Below are positions 1 to 13,199 of a DNA stretch of 64,000 nt, piece after piece; the first letter of the stretch is position 1; each line of letters opens with the position of its first letter. Both the position numbers and the translations under genes were made by a program. The stretch comes from Macrostomum lignano (taxonomy: Eukaryota), in NCBI GenBank assembly GCA_002269645.1, contig NIVC01003947.1:1-64000 (forward strand), in the 5' to 3' direction. The notes under the pieces were generated by a model. That model saw only the letters and a program-made list of their open reading frames with translations, was not told the origin of the DNA and did not search any database.

Positions 1-350
1 GTAAAATCTTAGGAATTTGAATCTTAGGAATTTGAAATCATAGGAATTTGAAATCTTAGGAATTTGAAATCTTAGGAATGTAAAATATGGAGGAATGCAA
101 AATCTGGAATGTGAAACATGGAGAAAAGCAAAATCTGCGAAATGGTGAAAGCTGGGGGTGCAAAATTCGTGGAATGTAAAAGTTGGAGAAAGTGAAATCT
201 AAGAAATGTAGAATTGGAGGAATGTAAAAATTTAAGGAATGTGAAATCTGGGAGAATGCAAATCTTAGGAATGTGAAGCTGCGGGAACGTAAAATCTGGG
301 GAATGTACGAGCTAAAATCTGGGGAATGCAGAATCGAGATAATGTGGAAC
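1..350. repeat. Degenerate ~13-14 bp GGAATGTGAAATCT-type repeat tract (unit 1)
   Basis: Imperfect repeats of GGAAT(G/T)T(G/A)AAATCT; homologous tracts at 9580-9690, 13200-13560 and 24860-25200. Confidence 0.8.
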
Positions 351-1930
351 ATATCCTAAAGTTCTAGCTAAAGTTTTCCACCAAAAAAGACTAAATGAGA
401 GCTATGAAACTAATACTCAAGCTGTTTCTGCCACCACAGTACTTTTAGCTCGCACTGCTCGTTGTTGAAATAAACTAAAAGAAGAAATCATAAATACATT
501 TTGAAAAACCTTGTGAATCCCCGATAGAACCCATAAAGAAAATTTTAGTCTCTTAACTTCGACAATAAGGACATCCGCCAGACCCAATGTCACTTGCTTG
601 TAATTTTATTTTATTCCCTGCAGTTGACTGCTTTGAGCTGAACGGCAGGCTATTATTGTTTACGAACTATTTGTGGGATCTGTATGCATGTAATTTTTTT
701 TATTTCACTACCTTTAGAAAGAACAAAAAATAAAGAACTCCAAGTTCTCGGTAAACTAAAGTCCCCTTTTTTGCACAGCACTGACATTATGCGGCATATA
801 ATGAACAGTGCACGCTTGGTCTGAAAGCGCATGCACGATACAGATCGAGCGTGCGTCCTCTGCTTCTCTTTCCTCGGCATGCTACGTACAATAGTATGGT
901 ACAGGGCGGCAACTGTGCGCACGCATACACCTGCACTCCTATAATTCAACCCTCTACTTTAACAATTCTACTGACTATCCATGGGAGAGAATGGAATTGC
1001 CTTTTAGTTGTACTTGAAAGGAGGGAAAACTCGCTGCTTTAGAGAAAATTCACCGCGGATAAGCCGTGGGTTTCACTTGGATCTTCCTGAGAGTTACCGC
1101 GGCTTGGCCTATAAAGTCATTGGTTTTCCACGGTGCTCCCCTCCTAAATTTTCTCTTATAAAGTCTGCAAGAAGTTGGAGTTGGCCAACATCTCTTGGTG
1201 AGTGTGAGTCCACATGGACAGTGAGTTTAGTTTCGTGCACACTTAGTTGCCATAATTTTTAAGAAATTTGAGCATAATTTGATGGCAATGTTAAGAGTCC
1301 TTTTTTGTCAAATGAGATTTGTTTAAGGAAAGATCAGATAGAAGGAAGCAAAAATGGTTAAGAATGTTAAACAAAATATTTTTTGTTACCGCAGAATTTT
1401 CTACCATCGTTCGATTAACAGGCATTCCCGTTCTCGAGTCCTTAGGGGCTGTGTGTATTGTACTTCTGTTGCAAAATTATTTTTGAATTCAACGTACCTG
1501 ATTACTTTCTTTGCATGTAGTATCATAGCTACAGGGGTTCATTAGAGTCACTAGAATGTAATTTTGCTCATGTAAGTCAGAGCAAAGACTGAGCCTGTCT
1601 CACCAGATGCAATATTATATTTAAAATCAAATAAAAAGTCAAATCAAGACGCTTATTGCATGTGAAATTCCTTGGTCTCAGGGTTGGGTTAACAAAAAGC
1701 CAAGTTAACTGTCACTACATCCGGGTACTAAAACAGAAATCGGATTGCTAAGCGATTAGAAGTGATTAGAAGTACGCTCGTACGTGTACAAGAAGTTTTG
1801 ATGGCATCTACGAATATCCAGCTTGTTCGGCAGTTTCACGTCTTTACCTATAAATGCTGAGCGGACACAGAATCTCCTGCATGCAGCGTCCACCTCACAT
1901 CGGGATTTTTAGGTGCCGGAAGCGTCCGAC

Positions 1931-4900
1931 ATGCGACTGAATCTGCAGATAGTGATGGGCAGAAGCCTGGCGACTCTTCTGCTGCTGTCTGCCACATTTC
2001 AAATGTGAGTGATGCGACGCTTCATTCATTAAACCAACTGGGATTTTTTTGCGGATTAACATTTGCTTAAAGGTAGGCAGAATGTTTTGGGATGCTACTC
2101 TGGGGGCGCCATACTAATTGGGGCTGTCCTTTGTGGGGCTGCCCGCTGTGGGATTGTTCTTTGGGGACCTGTCCTTGCGAGGCTTGCGCTGTCAATGTAC
2201 ATTAATGTACGAAAGTTAATTGGATTATATCATAGTGCTGTAGCTGGATAAACAGAACTTGTTCTACACGCGATATTTTCTTGTCTTTCTACTTATCAGT
2301 AGGATGGTAAGTAGATACTCACCCATTTTATCGTATTGAATTCCGCTAGAATGTTGCCCCAAAATCGATGGCATTTCTACACGTACATGCGTATAGAGCA
2401 TAGCTAATGATAATAATATATTACTATACATTCTATACATTATTAAAATATAAAACGTTTTCTTTTTACAGGTCGGTATGGGAGAAATAACTGAAGTACG
2501 ACCGAAAAGCCAATTAATCATATAATCAACAACACATTTTGCCAATAATAGCTCAGAAAATAACGTTTTTAGTAGACCAAATCTTAAGTGGGCCTTCCAG
2601 TAACTTTTGAGTGTCCATTTACAATAAATCTACTTTCCCGCCCTTTTTTCTTTAGAGCTCTGGCAGGCAACCAGTACTGCTATCCGCGTGGCAACACCAA
2701 TGAGTTCCAGCTCAGCAAAAAACTCGAGTTCATTGAAGATCGAATCATTCCCAAAGCTGACGCGGACCTGTCCTGAGGAAGGGCTCAACTGCAAATGGAA
2801 GATTCTGACTGACCACCTTGACAATTCCGTTGTGGTTCTGACTGGCTTTGACACGGAGGCTTGCGTAAACGAGTGGAGGCGGACAAAATCTGTGGATTCA
2901 GCTGCACAGCAACAACCGATGCGATACGAACTGCACTCGAAGGCTTCGGACGGTAAGCAGCGCTTTGATCACAATTAGAGAATATTCTATAAGCTGTGCA
3001 ATAATGTTAATTGTTGAAGAAGACAGCAGGCCTTTAGAGCATCAATTTTAGCCGTCTGGTCGCCAACGAAAAGAGAGTTGATAATAATAGTGATTATGAA
3101 ATCAAACTTCACGCCTTTGCATAAATGCCTAGTATAGCTGACTCAAGGCAGTTGTAATGGTCTAGGGGTTGTAGCCTAGTGGTTAGAGCGTCGGACGCAC
3201 AACGTGAAGGTCGCAGTTTCGATTCCCGATCCCACTGGAACAATTTGTGTCCTTGAGCAAGACACTTTACTCTGCATTGCTTCAGTTCACCCAGCTGTAA
3301 AATGGGTGCCAGCATTAGCTGGGATAAGTGAGGGTGTGTGTGTCGACCCCCCAGTCCTTGGACTGAACAGCCGTACGCAGACTTCAGACGCGCCGCGCAA
3401 TAGCTGCGGCTGAGCTGTCGGTTGCACATCTGCCCATTGGGCAGGTGTAATCAATTATTATATTATTATTATTAAAGTAAGCAGTTGTCGAATGGCATCT
3501 GTGAACAAGCAGTCAGTGGGTTTTACCCACGCTGCTGACTGCCAGCTGGAACTCGATAAAACCAGTCAAACACTTCGATTCTTACCCTGGCAATGCGAAC
3601 CCCAATGCATTTCCAGCGACTTGCTCGTCGCCTTCAACAAGCGAGCCAAAGCCCGTGGAGCTGGAGATGTTGCGCGTGCTGCAACTGACGAAAGGGTACG
3701 ATAGAGCTGGCCTGATGCTGGACCAATTCTTTGAAATCCATAATTCTGTAATTGAACTCAACCACTGCACTCTACATAAAAACTGTAGGAGCTACCTGAC
3801 TGTTTCATTCCGGTTGAATCGAAGAAGCTTTGCGAATATCCCCGGTCTACAAATTCGCCTGATGGAGCCGGGATTCTGCGGCAGAAGCATGACTAATTTT
3901 GAGAGCAACTGCTACACCACAGGATCGGTTCGTCGGAACCTGACTGCTGAGCTGGCTGCGATGAGCGCTGACAGCGGAGTCATGAGGCTCGCCAGCTTCA
4001 GCAGCTCCGCGGCTCTGCAGAACTTCGTCACAGAGAGTAAGCTGAGTGAACCTTGTTGATTCTTTAGTCTTAGCCGAACAAAATTTAATAAAGACTATGT
4101 CTTACAACAGGGCTGAGCACTGCTGTGTTTAGTAAAATTCCCTAAATCTATTATGCCAGAAATTGATAAATAAGCCATCCCAGTAATAGCATATTTAATG
4201 ACACTATAAAGGCTTATTTAAATTGCAATCAAATGAAGTAAAATACCTTATTGGATTGCAAATCAGCTATTGAATTTGATGGTCCCTGAGAATGTGTTCA
4301 AATGAGCATTTCCCAGAGAATTTTTGCCTGAGAAATTCCCTGAGGTATTTTTACTGTTACATTACAGCTTATGCATTGAAACAACTTAATGTCTATCACA
4401 AACTTTTACAGTACAGTGAAATTTTGCGTCAAGAATGCTGGTAAATTTAAGTCTTGCACGCGTAAAGTAAGAATGCATGCATAGCCTAAAGTTTGCCTTC
4501 ACAAGTGGTCAAAAGTACTGCGGTGTATGCATCAGATTTGAACAATAGCTAAAAAATTCTCAGTTTTGCCTCTGGAAAAAACGTTTTTTGCCAGTTTACC
4601 TAGTTCAAAGCCAAGACTCTAAAAAATGAAAGCCAAATTAATCGGGCCAGGTCCATTGGCAGCTTACGTGTATCGCAAAAATTTGCAAAACTTCACGGTG
4701 TTCCAAATGCAAAAAATCCTCATTTGCCAAATACCGACTTGCCGATTTCCCGACTCGCCGAATCTCTGGTAATGCCTGTGGCCTGTGCTAGCTAACAGAT
4801 AGCCTTTCTTTGTTCAAACTTTTTGTATATTTTTGCTTATCATCATTTACTCTACTATTTCTTAAATACGAGCGTAGCTATTAGTAGAGATAGTATTACT

Positions 4901-6190
4901 TAAGTTAGTCACTTAGTAAGTCGATCGGCGACTCGGGATTCGGCGAGCTGAGAATCGGCAAATCAGGCTTCGGCGAATCGGAGGTAAACCACGTTAAGGT
5001 CTTATGCCCTAACGAGCATATTTTTGCAATGTGCATGCTTGATCATCAATAATATGACACATGCTACCATTAAAATAGCACAATTTACACAGCACAACAA
5101 AAAATTGAAACATAAAATTATCGTACCCTTTTAATTCTACACCTATAGTTTTCATGTTTTATCGATCAATATGCACAATTTTAAGGCCAGCACAGCCGTT
5201 ATGTTTAACAATGGTTCAACAATTGTTCAACAATTTCAAAAACCACAATAGGAGCAGTACGCACTAGAGATGCTTTTCCCACGCATGAAATACCTTAGAA
5301 ATGGCTTTCGTTGTCAGCTTATCATGCGCAGTGTCCTTTACTGAACATCGCTGTTTACCTTGGGTTGTAGACCGCACACCTTAACTTTTGCACAATTTTC
5401 ACTCCACTTGAACACCGGCTTCAGGCCAGCGAACTCGCGTCGGCTCCGGCCTGAGCACCCGCAGCAAGGAGCCGCTGAATCTCGCTCAGAGGCTTCGCAT
5501 CGGACTGTTCTATGAGCACAGGACCAAGAAGGTCTTCTACCTGAAATGCGCGGCAGAAGCTGGCTGCAAAATGATGGAGTTTGAGGATGCTGATAAGCTG
5601 TGAGTTTCTTAACCTATTGACAAAAATTGATTTTCATTCACAGCAATTGGCTCTCTAATTAGTTTATACCTTCACACTCCTGAAATTTGAATTCCAGGTA
5701 CCATGCTGTCGAAACTACGAACTCCTTTGTCTCTTGCGGCTCGCTCAGAGCTGTCAATCTGGGAGCTGGTGGTGAGGTACTTTGGCGGGTGAGCTTTAGG
5801 GGCTGCAGTGAGCAGCTTCCGGCTCTGATCAGCTTCCCGGATGCGGCCGGAAACAGATGCGGAAACTCAAGCCAACCTGTGCTGAGCTGGATGCTTGCGG
5901 CTGCCCAGCCGGCTGCGGAAGAAGAACAGACCGAAGGAACTAACTCGAAGTCTAAGAACAGACTAAATCCCAGTCCTGAAGGGATGAGTGTGCTGAGCAT
6001 GGTTCTGCTTGGGGCTTTTGCTACCACTCTATTAGCACTTATCTTTACTTTGACGCTACTTTTTATGAGAAGACGGCCATGCCTTCAATATAGAGCAGTA
6101 ACTCCGCCAAAGACGGCCCCAAGCCCGGTTGAAAAAGGAGGAGGGTTTGATAAGGTCTGCCACTCTGACTCTGGAAAACCTCTGGTGTAA
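1931..6190 (+). pseudogene. Frameshifted copy of CUB-like/C-type-lectin-like type I membrane protein gene (exons 1931-2004, 2656-2952, 3617-3695, 3789-4036, 5425-5599, 5698-6190)
   Basis: All exons have GT-AG boundaries in the same phases as the intact copy. Exon 2 is 297 nt versus 299 nt; the 2-nt deletion near 2768 gives a premature TGA at 2774-2776. This could also be a sequencing error. Confidence 0.8.
3165..3476 (+). mobile_element. tRNA-derived SINE with CORE-like central domain
   Basis: Pol III A-box-like TAGCCTAGTGG and B-box-like GTTTCGATTCC; GTGTCCTTGAGCAAGACACTTTAC...CAGCTGTAAAATGGG resembles the CORE-SINE domain; (ATT)n tail; GCAGTTGT at 3148-3155 and 3481-3488 as a possible TSD; absent from the paralogous intron near 18800. 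Confidence 0.8.
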
Positions 6191-7696
6191 CGGAGGCAGC
6201 GTCTTAGGCGTCATGCAAACAGATTGACGCAATAATCAGCACCTTTCCCTGGCAACCTGACCAAGGGTAGAACACACACACATAAAAACAGCTTGAAAGC
6301 CTTTTAGCTCGCATTTTGCCCTGCTTATCTTGTTGGCTTGATCAGCCAATAACAGAGCTAGCAACAGATACAGAATTATCCATGACAGCTGAGTCTGATC
6401 AGCCGAAATCAAGTTTCACTTTCTCATCGGAAGATCCAACAAAACCGTATTTTGGGGATGTTGCTGCTGCTGTTAACTTGTGAACTAAAAAGTAAAATCT
6501 TTCAATTGCCTCCTGAGCAGCAAAAAGAAAGTCTTCGGAAGTTCAATGAAGAGCTTCAACACAGCCCACTGAGTGAGAAACATGCTGCTATATATAACAG
6601 TTAATTGCTTTGTAAATATGCCGCTTTGTTGCAGAATAATAACTTTGCTGTATAAATATGGAACGCACTGCAAATACGCTCGTACGCTCGCATCGGGCAT
6701 TGTAATGTTTATTTTGTGTAAAATTTCTGTACATTTCATTATTTGGTGTTCATTGCTTCCCAAAGTTGCTCCCTAAAGCACATTTACCAATGTTTTGTCT
6801 TGTACCCCTCTTTATCTATTCACTACCGTTAGCGAAGTGTGAAATGATGGTAGACTGTTTAGAATGCATTTTAGCTGAGTTAATTAAATAAGTAGTGGCT
6901 GATAAACGAGTGCATTGAGACTGAGTGTTTCGCACTAATCTACTCGTAGCAGTTGTATACTTAACATTTTGCAAAATTTATGATTTTAATGCAAGTGTAC
7001 CTGAATTAGTGTGAATTTACGAGCGTACCAGGGTATAATAAAAAACTGATTTACCTGTCATTTGAACAATCCAGCAGAAACGCAGTAATTCAAGAATTGT
7101 GCAATCTAATATCTCAATTATCAGTGATTACGGTAGTCAGAGAGCTGCTTTCAAGAATATTCTTGATGAGTAGGCATCGAAAAACTGCCTGTAAGTCATC
7201 CCTGAGTTGAATAAGAATAAAGGTAAGTAGAATAACAGGGAAGAATAATTGAATGTATTGAATGCATTTCATTATGAAAAGATCATAACCGAGTGCCCAT
7301 AGAATCCGACAAATGGGCGCATTGCACCGACGAATAACGACGTTGGCTGAACGTCCCTGCATTGTAAAAGTACCTGCGTTTACCTGCAGCGTCACGTGTG
7401 TCGGATTTCTGTACGGGATTATTAGAATGATGCGAATTTAACCTTTTTTATTCTTTAGACAACAGAGTATTAAATCTAGATGTAGTTAGTGTTCGGGCTT
7501 CATTTCTTTGTACAAAGTGTCTTGAAGCTGCATCTCTACCCAGTGGGTGGGAGTCAGAATTCGACGGAAATGTTTTATCGTCAAGTTCTAAAATTCCCGG
7601 ACCTGGTTTGGAGTTCATCATATCAGGGTTTTCAGCTTTTAGGCTTTTTATTGGGGCTGTGCCTTTCAGGGACGACTGCAATGAGAGGCGCGAGGA

Positions 7697-8613
7697 CCAA
7701 GGGGCTTTAGCACCAAGGGGCTTTAGCACCAAGGGGCTTTAGCACCAAGGGGCTTTAGCACCAAGGGGCTTTAGCACCAAGGGGCTTTAGCACCAAGGGG
7801 CTTTAGCACCAAGGGGCTTTAGCACCAAGGGGCTTTAGCACCAAGGGGCTTTAGCACCAAGGGGCTTTAGCACCAAGGGGCTTTAGCACCAAGGGGCTTT
7901 AGCACCAAGGGGCTTTAGCACCAAGGGGCTTTAGCACCAAGGGGCTTTAGCACCAAGGGGCTTTAGCACCAAGGGGCTTTAGCACCAAGGGGCTTTAGCA
8001 CCAAGGGCTTTAGCACCAAGGGGCTTTAGCACCAAGGGGCTTTAGCACCAAGGGGCTTTAGCACCAAGGGCTTTAGCACCAAGGGGCTTTAGCACCAAGG
8101 GGCTTTAGCACCAAGGGGCTTTAGCACCAAGGGGCTTTAGCACCAAGGGGCTTTAGCACCAAGGGGCTTTAGCACCAAGGGGCTTTAGCACCAAGGGGCT
8201 TTAGCACCAAGGGGCTTTAGCACCAAGGGGCTTTAGCACCAAGGGGCTTTAGCACCAAGGAGCTTTAGCACCAAGGGCTTTAGCACCAAGGGGCTTTAGC
8301 ACCAAGGGGCTTTAGCACCAAGGGGCTTTAGCACCAAGGGGCTTTAGCACCAAGGGGCTTTAGCACCAAGGGCTTTAGCACCAAGGGGCGCCAGCACCAA
8401 GGGGCGCCAGCACCAAGGGCTTTAGCACCAAGGGGCTTTAGCACCAAGGGGCTTTAGCACCAAGGGGCTTTAGCACCAAGGGCTTTAGCACCAAGGGGCT
8501 TTAGCACCAAGGGGCTTTAGCACCAAGGGGCTTTAGCACCAAGGGGCTTTAGCACCAAGGGGCGCCAGCACCAAGGGGCGCCAGCACCAAGGGGCGCCAG
8601 CACCAAGGGGCTT
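7697..8613. repeat. 16-bp minisatellite (GGGGCTTTAGCACCAA)n, about 57 copies
   Basis: Directly visible array with GGGGCGCCAGCACCAA variants near the 3' end. Confidence 0.98.
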
Positions 8614-9579
8614 TAGTTTTGCCAGCCTATTTGGAGGGCCCTTCCCTGGCCACGCTTCTGATCTTTTTTAATCAAAGAAGAGATTGATAAGAAAGTGGAA
8701 AGAAATTAGATAGAAGGAAAATAGAAGGTAAGATAAAATTAGTATATAAGTTACAAAATATGTTTATTTTGTCATCTGCAGTTTCTTTTATTCTTTTAAT
8801 AACTGTAAGCACCGAAAAAGAGCTTGGTGGTGAAAAGAGCTTGCATCGAAGTGGAAAAACAACGACCTCTACTCGTCTTGACCATGAAGCTATCCAAACA
8901 GACCAGCTTAAGAAAGCCGACCTCAATTCCCAAAGGACAATAACGAAGCTGAGATTTGAGGGCCAAGCTAGCAGCCTACGAACGCGTGACACAGACTCCC
9001 AGCAAAATGCGGGGGTTGATGGTTGCCTTAACAACAGCACAGAGAGAAACTGCAGGAGCGCTAACTCTACCCAACTCAAAATATTCATTTTCTGCATTGT
9101 GCCTATGCGTTCTTGTTGACTATAAGATACACTGCTTTGAATAATATTCGGTACTGCGAATTCTGAGCTGTGAGCCTCGCGCTCAATAGGGCTTTTGGAG
9201 GCCAGTGTGTTATTATTACATCGCTGAAGTCCTTCAGAAGGAAAAAAACTTGTTAATAACGTTTTAAAAATCAAGGAGCCTTCAGAAAAGACCAGAGAAT
9301 CCCCAAGTTGTACTCTACAGATGTGTTGCTAAAAATAGCTCTGGGGTTCGCCCCTGCGTACATGGGGTGAGGGCGGCGTCCAGCTGGCACAAGCAGGCAG
9401 GCCGCGTATCATGGCTTCGCGCCTTGTTTGCAGCCTGCTGGCTGACGTTAATGTACCGGATTCGGTCGGCGACGTGACAATCCTTCACGACCTGGTCCAG
9501 AGGCGCGCCCTGTGCCGCTTCCGTCTAAGTAATCTGACAGCGTAATCTTATTGATGCTTCTTTACGAAGCCAGGGAAAT

Positions 9580-9690
9580 CAAAGAAATGTAGAATTTGGG
9601 AACGTAATATTTGGGGAATGTAAAATGTAAGAAATGTAAAATTCAGGGATGTGAAATCTGGAAAATATGAAATATGGGGTAATTTGAAAC
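9580..9690. repeat. Degenerate GGAATGTGAAATCT-type repeat tract (unit 2)
   Basis: Short homolog of the tract at 1-350. Confidence 0.65.
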
Positions 9691-10495
9691 ATACCCAGTG
9701 CCCGAAAATTCTAGCTTAAGATGTCCGCCTAAGGTACAAAATGAGAGCAGCGAAATTAATGCTGTTTGTGCACCACACGTACAGTACCTTGAGCTCGCAG
9801 TTGTGAAACTAAACTAAAAGAAAGATTACAAAAATAAACTTTTAATCCCTTAGTTTAGACGAGAGGGACATCCGCCGGACTCAGACGTAATTTCACATGC
9901 TTATAATCTTATTCCTTGCAGTTGAGTGCTTTGAGCCGTGAGATGAGTCTATTAACTACGAACTTTTTGTGGGAACTGTACCATATATTGCGTATTCATT
10001 TATTTCGCAACCTTTCAAAATAACAACAAAAAAATCTAAAGTAACTTGGAACAAAACTGAAGTTCCTTTTTTGTACAGCACTTGACTTTGGGGGGGGGGG
10101 AGGCGTACAGCGAACAGTGCATGCTGCTTTGGAAACTGCTTTGGTACAAGAAGCGTGCGTCCTTCTGCTTCTCTTTCCTCGCATAGTACTCGGCGGCATA
10201 GATCCGCATTCCTGTATTGTATCGGCTAAATTTCCATGGAAAAGCCATGGAATGGCCTTTTAAAAGTACTTGGAGACTTATTCACAGAAGAAAAATCCGC
10301 GGAAAAGCCGTGGGTTTCACTTGGACTTGCCACAGAGTTACCGCAGCTTCACCTGTAATTAAAATCATGCGTTTGCCACGGTTGCTACCCCCCATCAAAA
10401 TTTGCAAATATTGCAAGAAGCAGAGAAACTTCTTTTGGTTAGTACACAGAGACAATGAGTTAAGTTTCGTGCACATTTAGTTGAGTCTGTGGCAG

Positions 10496-10869
10496 TTGAC
10501 TGCCACAATTTGACTGCCACAATTTGACTGCCACAATTTGACTGCCACAATTTGACTGCCACAATTTGACTGCCACAATTTGACTGCCACAATTTGACTG
10601 CCACAATTTGACTGCCACAATTTGACTGCCACAATTTGACTGCCACAATTTGACTGCCACAATTTGACTGCCACAATTTGACTGCCACAATTTGACTGCC
10701 ACAATTTGACTGCCACAATTTGACTGCCACAATTTGACTGCCACAATTTGACTGCCACAATTTGACTGCCACAATTTGACTGCCACAATTTGACTGCCAC
10801 AATTTGACTGCCACAATTTGACTGCCACAAGTTGACTGCCACAATTTGACTGCCACAATTTGACTGCCA
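10496..10869. repeat. 14-bp tandem repeat (GACTGCCACAATTT)n, about 26 copies
   Basis: Directly visible; produces the 14-aa periodic ORFs in the track. Confidence 0.98.
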
Positions 10870-10896
10870 AAAGTACCAAACGTACCATAGAAACCA

Positions 10897-11089
10897 TACT
10901 GCTTTGAGTACAAACTCCTCAGTCTTCTGTGACTCACTCAGAACTGTCAATCTTATCATTGATGATAAGAGCCAACAAGAGATGATAATTAAGAGAGAAA
11001 ACTCGAGCCAACCTGTGCTCAGCTGGATGCTTGCGGCTGCCCAGCCAACTGCAGAATACGAGCTAAGAACAAGCAAGTCGCAGTCCTAA
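10897..11089 (+). pseudogene. Diverged relic of the last exon of the membrane receptor gene
   Basis: STNSSVFCDSLRTVNL and NSSQPVLSWMLAAAQP match exon 6 (TTNSFVSCGSLRAVN, SQPVLSWMLAAAQP); stop comes before the TM helix; upstream exons are absent in this unit. Confidence 0.75.
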
Positions 11090-13199
11090 AAGAATGAGTC
11101 TGATTTTGGTTCGCCAGTCAACTCTAGCTCGTATTTGATCAGCCAATAACCGCGCTTGCAAAAGAGACCAAACTATCCATAATTATGGAGTCTGATTACT
11201 CGAAATCCAGCTTCACTTCCTCATCGGCTTCATCGAGTAGATGTCAGGTTTGAAGATTTTGTGTTTTAGTTGTTGGTGTTAACTAAGCTTTACTAATCGT
11301 AAGAATAATAGTTCACAGCCTCAAAGCTCTTCATTGAAACTATAAGAGGATTGAATGAGAAATATGCTGTTACATGCGAGTGATGACTGTATAATTATGC
11401 TGTTACTGTTCTGCTGTTTAAATGCTGTAAATCTCTGCAAATATCGGAAATATTTATCTAGAATCTAGAAAGAAGGCAATCGAAAATGTAATCACTGGAT
11501 TAAACATTTGTAAGAGGAAATAAAACAATAACGAGGAAGAAAATATAATTAAGTAACGATAAAAAATCCGAGAACTTAATTAACAGTAGAACTACCCAGA
11601 GGGGGGCATCCCCCTGACAATTTTTTGCTGCGCCGTACTGGAGCAACGCAGACATACGAAATTCAAGAACACAGGCAAAAATTTTGTTGCGCACCTTCTC
11701 AAACAAGAATCAAGTCGCCAGCCCTCCGGACCGTCGAGATATTTGACGATTCTGCCAGAAGGTCTGATTTTTCCCATAAGCGCCAGTGTATTCAGTACAC
11801 CCCTGTGCGCCAATCAACACTGCGCCTCAGTGCAGCCTTGCCAAGCCTCCAAATTTCATCAGCACGTCGACCACATGTGTCCGCATCAGCTCTTACTTCG
11901 TTGGTCACTAGCCTTCACCCAGGCGGAGCTTCTGGACCTTCCACAGGTGGCACCAGGTGACTATAGACACGCTGTTGCAAATTTATCTAGTTTCGATGAT
12001 CAAGCGAGATCCAGTAGGCAAGCTGCTGGACATCCTCAGCTGGTATCTCAAGCATTCCGTTATCACCCCGGTACTTTTGAGCCAATGAGAGTCAGCACCA
12101 AGGGGCGCCAGCACCAAGGGCTGTTGTTGGGGCCAAAGTAGCCAAAGTGGTGGTCGGGGGAACTGCTAGAATTGGGAAAAGAAGCGCCAAACCTGCTGAA
12201 GAGGCGCCAAGTCAGTAGGTACTCAGCCATTAGCTTTGCCAGCCTATTTGGAGGGCCGGATCGCCCTTTGGCCCTTCCGTGGCCACGCTCCTGATCTTTT
12301 TAATCAAAGAAGAGATTAGTAAGAAAGTGGAAAGAGATTAGAAAGAAAGAAAATAAAAAGTAAGATAACATTCAGTAAGTATCTAAGTTACAAAACTTGT
12401 TCGTGTTATCATTTGCAGTTTCTTTCATTCTTTTAATACTTGTCTGTAAGCACCGGAAAAGCGCTTGCATCGAAGTGGAAAAAACAACAACCTCTACTCA
12501 TCTTGACCAAACCTATCCAAACAGACCAGCTTAAGAAGCCGATCTCAATGCCCAAATGACAATAACGAATCTGAGATTTGAGGGCCAAGCCAGTAGCCTG
12601 CGAACGCGTGACACAGAAGACTCGCAGCAAAATGTGTTGAGAGGCGGGGGTTGATAATTGCCATAAAAACAGCACAGAGAGAAACTGCGTGAGCGCTAAG
12701 CCTACCCCGCTCAAAATATTCATTACTTCTGCATTGTGCGTATGCGTTTTAGTTGACTATAAGATACACTGCTTTGAATAATGTTCAGTACTGCGAATTC
12801 TGAGCTGTGAGCCTCACACTCATAATAGGGCCTTTAGAGGCCAGTGTGTTTGAAGTCTTTCTGCCATGCAAGCAGAAGATAATAGGGAAAAACCTGTTAA
12901 TAACGTTTAAAAATCCAGGAGCGTTCCGCACAGACCAGAGAATCTCCTTGTACTTGCACATGCAGATGGCTCTCTATAGATGTGTTGCTAAAAATAGCTT
13001 TGAGTTTGGCCTGCGTACATGGAGTGAGGGCGGCGTCCAGCTGGCACAAGCAGGCAGGCCATGTATCGCGGGTTCGCGCCTTGTCTCCTGCCTGCTGTCT
13101 GACGCCGGCGCCCCGGATTCAGTCGGCGACGTGGCTTTTCTTTGCGACCTGACCCAGAGGCGCGCCCTGTGCCGCTGTATTGTTGTTTATTGCGACGCC

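Noticed and set aside
3165-3240. Functional tRNA gene
   Set aside because: Has A/B boxes but no clean cloverleaf or acceptor stem, and continues into a CORE-like domain and simple-repeat tail; it is a SINE head.
4720-4990. Small MITE with CCGA/TCGG-rich inverted arms in intron 4 of copy 1
   Set aside because: Arms at about 4725-4770 and 4925-4985 match only partially, and I could not define termini or a TSD.
7697-8613. CRISPR array or telomeric repeat
   Set aside because: Head-to-tail identical 16-mers with no unique spacers and no cas genes; contains TTAG but not a TTAGGG/TTAGG telomere unit.
8672-9274. Minus-strand gene with signal-peptide-like start (MQKMNILS..LALLQFLSVLLL) repeated at 12433-12744 and 23585-23790
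   Set aside because: The reading frame downstream is not conserved among the three paralogs, and I found no consistent splice sites.
10395-11076. Long periodic ORFs (QSNCGSQIVAVKLW)n, and similar ORFs at 24619-25113, 13119-13463 and 62296-62956
   Set aside because: Stop-free translations of tandem repeats, open in several frames at once.
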